Shown piece after piece: positions 44,435 to 44,450 of a DNA stretch of 44,450 bases (positions within the stretch are counted from its first letter, which is position 1; each line of letters opens with the position of its first letter). The stretch is from a virus. Its lineage: Duplodnaviria; Caudoviricetes. A program made the translations under genes and the position numbers. The notes beneath the pieces were generated by a model. That model saw only the letters and a program-made list of their open reading frames with translations, made no database searches and was not told the origin of the DNA. Location of the stretch: positions 1-44,450 of the IMG/VR virus record IMGVR_UViG_3300032216_001173; one strand, given 5' to 3'.

Positions 44435-44450
44435 TCGGGTCACCCCCCCC

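Larger units (their letters stand above)
1..44450. mobile_element. Near-complete temperate lambda-like siphovirus genome, probable picocyanobacterial host
   Basis: Ordered terminase-head-tail-lysis-regulation-replication modules; internal serine integrase and repressor; no host genes at either end; cyanobacterial-style sigma and primase motifs. Confidence 0.92.

Noticed and set aside
44435-44450. Direct terminal repeat or circular overlap with position 1
   Set aside because: End sequences do not match; any cohesive-end sequence cannot be identified from this window
28484-44450. Auxiliary metabolic genes (psbA, hli), DNA polymerase, methyltransferase, tRNA genes, known defence or anti-CRISPR genes
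   Set aside because: No recognisable motifs found by eye; small unknown ORFs cannot be excluded without searches

Overview
The whole window looks like an essentially complete, GC-rich, temperate lambda-like siphovirus genome in virion orientation, with no flanking host genes. It opens about 146 bp upstream of the small terminase gene and ends after a lambda gpZ-like gene. The left 28.5 kb (+ strand) carries Nu1/gpA-like terminase, gpW, portal, S49 protease/scaffold, capsid cement, major capsid, a neck-position fibre module, tail tube, frameshifted tail chaperones, tape measure, tail-tip proteins, a 1615-aa spike/fibre and a C39-like putative endolysin. The right 16 kb carries an RpoD-family sigma factor, a T7 gp2.5-like SSB, an ERF-like protein, an XRE repressor, a large serine recombinase, a mosaic accessory block, several PD-(D/E)xK nucleases, a primase-helicase followed by an iteron cluster, and a Holliday-junction resolvase. 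The sigma, primase zinc finger and C39 lysin suggest a picocyanobacterial host (inference). Most notable: (i) the sigma has lost the usual region-4.2 recognition residues, and a recurrent TAGCCT-type -10-only motif starts exactly 12 or 26 nt before several late-gene starts; (ii) a multi-hairpin RNA behind a strong promoter divergent from the integrase; (iii) a promoter and ORF firing antisense into the integrase; (iv) a circularly permuted zinc-peptidase motif set in the tape measure; (v) a 14-bp microhomology marking shuffled protein cassettes. All product calls come from motif recognition by eye; no database searches were run.
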